Part shown: positions 21,701 through 29,650 of the stretch, one piece after another | How positions within the stretch are numbered: position 1 is the stretch's first letter | Layout: every line of letters begins with the position of its first letter | Notes under the pieces: generated by a model | The model's input: only the letters and a program-made list of their open reading frames with translations | What the model was told of the DNA's origin: nothing | The model's database searches: none | Assembly (NCBI GenBank): GCA_002189035.1 | Contig: NEEC01000361.1 | Span: 1 to 29,650 of the forward strand | Length of the DNA stretch: 29,650 nt | DNA from: Utricularia gibba | Lineage: Eukaryota > Plantae > Magnoliophyta | Reading direction: 5' to 3' | Made by a program: the position numbers and the translations under genes

Positions 21701-24700
21701 GGCGGCCAGTCTCGCTGGGAACTTGGTCCTTGACCCCATTCTGTATGGCTCATGAGGTCAACTGGATGCAAATCGATTAAAAAAATGATGCATTTGTTTA
21801 AATTATGATGTCACGTGCACCCACATGATTTTTTTAACAACATACTTTATACATGAGGAGGGGTCTTGGGGGCACTTGGAACCGGAAAAAGGTCAGCTTA
21901 GGCCTTGGCCCAAAGTAAGTTGTAGTCGGGCAAAGAAAGTGATGTATTTATTATCGTTCGGTTTTCGGGGTGCCTACATGGTTTTTCAAGGAACAGCTTC
22001 TCGTTTTGTGGCGGCCAGTCTCGCTGGGAACTTGGTCCTTGACCCCGATTCTGTATGGCTCATGAGGTCAACTGGATGCAAATCGATTAAAAAAAATGAT
22101 GCATTTGTTTAAATTACGATGTCACGTCACCCACATGATTTTTTTAACAACATACTTTATACATGAGGAGGCGGTCTTGGGGGGCACTTGGAACCGGAAA
22201 AAGATCAGCTTAGGCCTTGGCCCAAAGTAAGTTGTAGCCAGCAAAGAAAGTGATGTATTTATTAACGTTCGGTTTTCGGTGTTGCCTACATGGTTTTTCA
22301 AGGAACAGCTTCTCGTTTTGTGGCGGCCAGTCTCGCTGGGAACTTGGTCCTTGACCCGATTCTGTATGGCCCATGAGGTCAACTGGATGCAAATCGATTA
22401 AAAAAAATGATGCATTTGTTTAAATTATGATGTCACGTGCACCCCATGATTTTTTTCACAACATACTTTATACATGAGGAGGCGGTCTTGGGGGGCACTT
22501 GGAACGGAAAAAGATCAGCTTAGGCCTTGGCCCAAAGTAAGTTGTAGTACGGCAAATAAAGTGATGTATTTATTATCGTTCGGTTTTCGGTGTTGCCTAC
22601 ATGGTTTTTCAAGGAACAGCTTCTCGTTTTGTGGCGGCCAGTCTCGCTGGGAACTTGGTCCTTGACCCCGATTCTGTATGGCTCATGAGGTCAACTGGAT
22701 GCAAATCGATTAAAAAAATGATGCATTTGTTTAAATTATGATGTCACGTGCACCCCACATGATTTTTTTAACAACATACTTTATACATGAGGAGGCGGTC
22801 TTGGGGGGCACTTGGAACCGGAAAAAGATCAGCTTAGGCCTTGGCCCAAAGTAAGTTGTAGCCCAGCAAAGAAAGTGATGTATTTATTAACGTTCGGTTT
22901 TCGGTGTTGCCTACATGGTTTTTCAAGGAACAGCTTCTCGTTTTGTGGCGGCCAGTCTTGCTGGGAACTTGGTCCTTGACCCCGATTCTGTATGGCCCAT
23001 GAGGTCAACTGGATGCAAATTGATTAAAAAAAATGATGCATTTGTTTAAATTATGATGTCACGTGCACCCCACATGATTTTTTTAACAACATACTTTATA
23101 CATGAGGAGGCGGTCTTGGGGGGCACTTGGAACCGGAAAAAGATCAGCTTAGGCCTTGGCCCAAAGTAAGTTGTAGCCCAGCAAAGAAAGTGATGTATTT
23201 ATTAACGTTCGGTTTTCGGTGTTGCCTACATGGTTTTTCAAGGAACAGCTTCTCGTTTTGTGGCGGCCAGTCTCGCTGGGAACTTGGTCCTTGACCCCAT
23301 TCTGTATGGCTCATGAGGTCAACTGGATGCAAATCGATTAAAAAAATGATGCATTGTTTAAATTATGATGTCACGTGCACCCCACATGATTTTTTTAACA
23401 ACATACTTTATACATGAGGAGCGGTCTTGGGGGGCACTTGGAACCGGAAAAAGATCAGCTTAGGCCTTGGCCCAAAGTAAGTTGTAGTCCGGCAAATAAA
23501 GTGATGTATTTATTATCGTTCGGTTTTCGGGGGCTGCCTACATGGTTTTTCAAGGAACTGCTTCTCGTTTTGTGGCGGCCAGTCTCGCTGGGAACTTGGT
23601 CCTTGACCCCGATTCTGTATGGCTCATGAGGTCAACTGGATGCAAATCGATTAAAAAAAATGATGCATTTGTTTAAATTATGATGTCACGTGCACCCCAC
23701 ATGATTTTTTTAACAACATACTTTACATGAGGAGGCGGTCTTGGGGGGCACTTGGAACCGGAAAAAGATCAGCTTAGGCCTTGGCCCAAAGTAAGTTGTA
23801 GCCCGGCAAAGAAAGTGATGTATTTATTAACGTTCGGTTTTCGGTGTTGCCTACATGGTTTTTCAAGGAACAGCTTCTCGTTTTGTGGCGGCCAGTCTCG
23901 CTGGGAACTTGGTCCTTGACCCCCATTCTGTATGGCTCATGAGGTCAACTGGATGCAAATCGATTAAAAAATGATGCATTGTTTAAATTATGATGTCACG
24001 TGCACCCCACATGATTTTTTTCACAACATACTTTATACATGAGGAGGCGGTCTTGGGGGGCACTTGGAACGGAAAAAGATCAGCTTAGGCCTTGGCCCAA
24101 AGTAAGTTGTAGTCGGCAAATAAAGTGATGTATTTATTATCGTTCGGTTTTCGGGGGCTGCCTACATGGTTTTTCAAGGAACTGCTTCTCGTTTTGTGGC
24201 GGCCAGTCTCGCTGGGAACTTGGTCCTTGACCCAATTCTGTATGGCTCATGAGGTCAACTGGATGCAAATCGATTAAAAAAAATGATGCATTTGTTTAAA
24301 TTACGATGTCACGTGCACCCCACATGATTTTTTAACAACATACTTTATACATGAGGAGGCGGTCTTGGGGGCACTTGGAACCGGAAAAAGATCAGCTTAG
24401 GCCTTGGCCCAAAGTAAGTTGTAGCCCAAAGAAAGTGATGTATTTATTAACGTTCGGTTTTCGGTGTTGCCTACATGGTTTTTCAAGGAACAGCTTCTCG
24501 TTTTGTGGCGGCCAGTCTCTGGGAACTTGGTCCTTGACCCGATTCTGTATGGCTCATGAGGTCAACTGGATGCAAATCGATTAAAAAAAATGATGCATTT
24601 GTTTAAATTATGATGTCACGTGCACCCCACATGATTTTTTTAACAACATACTTTATACATGAGGAGGCGGTCTTGGGGGGCACTTGGAACCGGAAAAAGA

Positions 24701-26843
24701 TCAGCTTAGGCCTTGGCCCAAAGTAAGTTGTAGCCCAGCAAAGAAAGTGATGTATTTATTAACGTTCGGTTTTCGGTGTTGCCTACATGGTTTTTCAAGG
24801 AACAGCTTCTCGTTTTGTGGCGGCCAGTCTTGCTGGGAACTTGGTCCTTGACCCCGATTCTGTATGGCCCATGAGGTCAACTGGATGCAAATTGATTAAA
24901 AAAAATGATGCATTTGTTTAAATTATGATGTCACGTGCACCCCACATGATTTTTTTAACAACATACTTTATACATGAAGGAGGCGGTCTTGGGGGCACTT
25001 GGAACGGAAAAAGATCAGCTTAGGCCTTGGCCCAAAGTAAGTTGTAGCCCAGCAAAGAAAGTGATGTATTTATTAACGTTCGGTTTTCGGTGTTGCCTAC
25101 ATGGTTTTTCAAGGAACAGCTTCTCGTTTTGTGGCGGCCAGTCTCGCTGGGAACTTGGTCCTTGACCCCATTCTGTATGGCTCATGAGGTCAACTGGATG
25201 CAAATCGATTAAAAAAATGATGCATTGTTAAATTATGATGTCACGTGCACCCCACATGATTTTTTTCACAACATACTTTATACATGAGGAGCGGTCTTGG
25301 GGGGCACTTGGAACCGGAAAAAGGTCAGCTTAGGCCTTGGCCCAAAGTAAGTTGTAGTCGGCAAATAAAGTGATGTATTTATTATCGTTCGGTTTTCGGG
25401 GGCTGCCTACATGGTTTTTCAAGGAACTGCTTCTCGTTTTGTGGCGGCCAGTCTCGCTGGGAACTTGGTCCTTGACCCCATTCTGTATGGCTCATGAGGT
25501 CAACTGGATGCAAATCGATTAAAAAAAATGATGCATTTGTTTAAATTACGATGTCACGTTCACCCCACATGATTTTTTTAACAACATACTTATACATGAG
25601 GAGGCGGTCTTGGGGGGCACTTGGAACCGGAAAAAGATCAGCTTAGGCCTTGGCCCAAAGTAAGTTGTAGCCGCAAAGAAAGTGATGTATTTATTAACGT
25701 TCGGTTCGGTGTTGCCTACATGGTTTTTCAAGGAACAGCTTCTCGTTTTGTGGCGGCCAGTCTCGCTGGGAACTTGGTCCTTGACCCCGATTCTGTATGG
25801 CCCATGAGGTCAACTGGATGCAAATTGATTAAAAAAAATGATGCATTTGTTTAAATTATGATGTCACGTGCACCCCACATGATTTTTTTAACAACATACT
25901 TTATACATGAAGGAGGCGGTCTTGGGGGCACTTGGAACCGGAAAAAGATCAGCTTAGGCCTTGGCCCAAAGTAAGTTGTAGCCCAGCAAAGAAAGTGATG
26001 TATTTATTATCGTTCGGTTTTCGGGGGCTGCTACATGGTTTTTCAAGGAACCTTCTCGTTTTTGTGCGGCCAGTCTCGCTGGGAACTTGGTCCTTGACCC
26101 CAATTCTGTATGGCTCATGAGGTCAACTGGATGCAAATCGATTAAAAAAAATGATGCATTTGTTTAAATTACGATGTCACGTTCACCCCACATGATTTTT
26201 TTAACAACATACTTTATACATGAGGAGGCGGTCTTGGGGGCACTTGGAACCGGAAAAGATCAGCTTAGGCCTTGGCCCAAAGTAAGTTGTAGCCCAGCAA
26301 AGAAAGTGATGTATTTATTAACGTTCGGTTTTCGGTGTTGCCTACATGGTTTTTCAAGGAACAGCTTCTCGTTTTGTGGCGGCCAGTCTTGCTGGGAACT
26401 TGGTCCTTGACCCCGATTCTGTATGGCCCATGAGGTCAACTGGATGCAAATTGATTAAAAAAAATGATGCATTTGTTTAAATTATGATGTCACGTGCACC
26501 CCACATGATTTTTTTAACAACATACTTTATACATGAGAGGCGGTCTTGGGGGCACTTGGAACCGGAAAAAGATCAGCTTAGGCCTTGGCCCAAAGTAAGT
26601 TGTAGCCCAGCAAAGAAAGTGATGTATTTATTAACGTTCGGTTTTCGGTGTTGCCTACATGGTTTTTCAAGGAACAGCTTCTCGTTTTGTGGCGGCCAGT
26701 CTCGCTGGGAACTTGGTCCTTGACCCCATTCTGTATGGCTCATGAGGTCAACTGGATGCAAATCGATTAAAAAAAATGATGCATTGTTTAAATTATGATG
26801 TCACGTGCACCCCACATGATTTTTTTCACAACATACTTTATAC
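18731..26843. repeat. Homogeneous A/B tract of 26 monomers without C or D
   Basis: Only A2 (TCTTGC, GGCCCATG, AAATTGA), A1 (TCTCGC, CCCATTC, AAATCGA) and B (AATAAAG, TTATCG, GGGGCTG) types or mixtures of them, mostly in (A2)n-A1-B order. Confidence 0.8.
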
Positions 26844-27762
26844 ATGAGGAGGCGGTCTTGGGGGCACTTGGAACCGGAAAAAGATCAGCTTAGGCCTTGG
26901 CCCAAAGTAAGTTGTAGTCCGGCAAATAAAGTGATGTATTTATTCGTTCGGTTTTCGGGGGCTGCCTACATGGTTTTTCAAGGAACGCTTCTCGTTTTGT
27001 GGCGGCCAGTCTCGCTGGGAACTTGGTCCTTGACCCCATTCTGTATGGCTCATGAGGTCAACTGGATGCAAATCGATTAAAAAAATGATGCATTTGTTTA
27101 AATTATGATGTCACGTGCACCACATGATTTTTTTAACAACATACTTTATATAGAGAAGGTCTTTGGGGCACTGGAACGGAAAAGGTAAGCTTTGGCTTGC
27201 CCAAGTAAGTTGTAGTCCAAATAAAGTGATGTATTATTATCGTTCGGTTTTCGGGGGCTGCCTACATGGTTTTTCAAGGAACCGCTTCTCGTTTTGTGGC
27301 GGCCAGTCTCGCTGGGAACTTGGTCCTTGACCCCGATTCTGTATTGCTCATGAGGTCAACCGGATGCAAATCGATTAAAAAAAATGATGCATTTTTTTAA
27401 ATTACGATATCACGAGCACCCTACATGATTTTTTTAAACTCTTACTTTATACTTCAGGAGGTGGTCTTGGGGGGAAGAGGAACCGGACAAAAGTCAGCTT
27501 AGGCTTGGCCGAAAGTAAGTTGTAGGCCGGCAATGAAAGTGATGTATTTATTAACGTTCGGTTTTCGGGGGCTGCCTACATGGTTTTTCAAGGAACCGCT
27601 TCTCGTTTTGTGGCGGCCAGTCTTGCTGGGAACTTGGTCCTTGACCCGATTCTGTATGGCCATGAGGTCAACTGATGCAAATTGATTAAAAAAAATGATG
27701 CATTTGTTTAAATTATGATGTCACGTGCACCCCACATGATTTTTTTACAACATACTTTATAC
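26844..27762. repeat. B-C-D cassette with blurred C head
   Basis: C monomer of about 301 bp (GGTAAGCTTTGGCTTGC, GTATTGCTC, ATCACGAGC) followed by a clear D (CTTCAGGAGGTGG, CAATGAAAG). Confidence 0.8.
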
Positions 27763-29005
27763 ATGAGGAGGCGGTCTTGGGGGGCACTTGGAACCGGAAA
27801 AAGATCAGCTTAGGCCTTGGCCCAAAGTAAGTTGTAGCCCAACAAAGAAAGTGATGTATTTATTAACGTTCGGTTTTCGGTTGCCTACATGGTTTTTCAA
27901 GGAACCGCTTCTCGTTTTGTGGCGGCCAGTCTTGCTGGGAACTTGGTCCTTGACCCCGATTCTGTATGGCCCATGAGGTCAACTGGATGCAAATTGATTA
28001 AAAAAATGATGCATTTGTTTAAATTATGATGTCACGTGCACCCCACATGATTTTTTAACAACATACTTTATACATGAGGAGGCGGTCTTGGGGGGCACTT
28101 GGAACCGGAAAAAGATCAGCTTAGGCCTTGGCCCAAAGTAAGTTGTAGCCCAGCAAAGAAAGTGATGTATTTATTAACGTTCGGTTTTCGGTGTTGCCTA
28201 CATGGTTTTTCAAGGAACAGCTTCTCGTTTTGTGGCGGCCAGTCTTGCTGGGAACTTGGTCCTTGACCCGATTCTGTATGGCTCATGAGGTCAACTGGAT
28301 GCAAATTGATTAAAAAAATGATGCATTTGTTTAAATTATGATGTCACGTGCACCCCACATGATTTTTTTAACAACATACTTTATACATGAGAGGCGGTCT
28401 TGGGGGGCACTTGGAACCGGAAAAAGATCAGCTTAGGCTTGGCCCAAAGTAAGTTGTAGCCCAGCAAAGAAAGTGATGTATTTATTAACGTTCGGTTTTC
28501 GGTGTTGCCTACATGGTTTTTCAAGGAACAGCTTCTCGTTTTGGGCGGCCAGTCTCGCTGGGAACTTGGTCCTTGACCCAATTCTGTATGGCTCATGAGG
28601 TCAACTGGATGCAAATCGATTAAAAAAAATGATGCATTTTTTAAATTATGATGTCACGTGCACCCACATGATTTTTTTAAACATACTTTATACATGAGGA
28701 GGCGGTCTTGGGGGGCACTTGGAACCGGAAAAAGATCAGCTTAGGCTTGGCCAAAGTAAGTTGTAGTCCGGCAAATAAAGTGATGTATTTATTGTCGTTC
28801 GGTTTTCGGGGGCTGCCTACATGGTTTTTCAAGGAACCGCTTCTCGTTTTGTGGCGGCCAGTCTCGCTGGGAACTTGGTCCTTGACCCCATTCTGTATGG
28901 CTCATGAGGTCAACTGGATGTAAAATCGATTAAACAATGTTGCATTTGTTTAAATTGCGATATCACGTGCACCTCACATGATTTTTTCAACAACTTACTT
29001 TATAC
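27152..29005. repeat. Six-monomer higher-order unit (C-D-A'-A2-A1-B*), second occurrence
   Basis: C at ~27152 and ~29006, D at 27453 and 29318. A' carries GTAGCCCAAC as at 6603 and 8474. Confidence 0.65.
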
Positions 29006-29630
29006 CCTAGCAGAAGGTCTTGGGGCACTGGAACGGGAAAAGGTAAGGTTTGGCTTGCACCGAGAGTTAGTTGTAGTCTGGCAAATAAAGTGATGTATTT
29101 ATTATCGTTCGGTTTTCGGGGGCTGCCTACATGGTTTTTCAAGGAACCGCTTCTCGTTTTGTGGCGGCCAGTCTCGCTGGACTTGGTCCTTGACCCCGAT
29201 TCTGTATTGCTCATGAGGTCAACCGGATGCAAATCGATTAAAAAAAATGATGCATTTTTTTTAAATTACGATATCACGAGCACCCTACATGATTTTTTTC
29301 AAACTCTTACTTTATACTTCAGGAGGTGGTCTTGGGGGGGAAGAGGAACCGGACAAAAGTCAGCTTAGGCTTGGGCCGAAAGTAAGTTGTAGGCCGGCAA
29401 TGAAAGTGATGTATTTATTAACGTTCGGTTTTCGGGGCTGCCTACATGGTTTTTCAAGGAACCGCTTCTCGTTTTGTGGCGGCCAGTCTTGCTGGGAACT
29501 TGGTCCTTGACCCGATTCTGTATGGCCATGAGGTCAACTGGATGCAAATCGATTAAAAAAAATGATGCATTTGTTTAAATTATGATGTCACCTGCACCCC
29601 ACATGATTTTTTTAACAACATACTTTATAC
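28694..29630. repeat. B*-C-D cassette, last copy
   Basis: B* with TTATTGTCG and the GATGTAAAATCG...CAATGTTGC tail, C head CCCTAGCAGAAGG, D head CTTCAGGAGGTGG and tail GTCACCTGCACC. Confidence 0.9.
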
Positions 29631-29650
29631 ATGAGGAGGCGGTCTTGGGG

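Larger units (their letters stand above)
1..29650. repeat. Tandem satellite DNA array, ~313-bp monomer, 95 complete copies plus partial ends, all in the same orientation
   Basis: Monomer starts read directly at 17, 331, 647, 962, 1278, 1591, 1904, 2219, 2535, 2850 ... 28694, ~29006, 29318, 29631. (29631-17)/95 is about 312 bp. Near-invariant blocks such as GCTTCTCGTTTTGTGGCGGCCAGTCT and TGATGTCACGTGCACC recur at this period. No unique sequence interrupts the array. Confidence 0.99.

Noticed and set aside
17-29547. About 100 short ORFs (60-119 aa) on both strands, e.g. MRRRSWGHLEPEKDQLRPWPKVSCSP
   Set aside because: They are the same monomer translated repeatedly. Frames shift freely with homopolymer indels, stops vary between copies, and no recognisable domain is present.
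1-29650. CRISPR array or prokaryotic repeat (AGGAGG looks like a Shine-Dalgarno site)
   Set aside because: There are no unique spacers, the period is ~313 bp, and no cas or other genes are present. AGGAGG lies just after the ATG and is incidental.

Overview
The whole 29.65-kb window is one uninterrupted head-to-tail satellite DNA array, probably eukaryotic. I see no gene, RNA gene, transposon or inversion. Taking the ATG of CATGAGGAGGCGG (or its variant) as the monomer start, I count 95 complete monomers between 17 and 29630 (mean about 312 bp; clean copies 312-316 bp), plus partial copies at both ends. All supplied ORFs are repeated, frameshifting translations of this monomer. Three levels of structure are visible. 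(1) The ~313-bp monomer is an old, diverged dimer of ~155-159-bp subunits. (2) Monomers fall into recognisable variant types (here A1, A2, B, B*, C, D) arranged in an ordered but variable higher-order pattern, with a recurring B*-C-D cassette and a 6-monomer ~1.87-kb unit. (3) The left ~5.3 kb contains older or locally expanded layers, including a 7-monomer ~2.2-kb periodicity. Many diagnostic variants are CpG-to-TpG/CpA transitions, suggesting a methylated array. Many single-base deletions fall exactly on polymorphic sites, which looks like consensus or polishing blur, so the fine order of monomers needs read-level confirmation. I cannot name the family or organism. A centromeric role is only a hypothesis.
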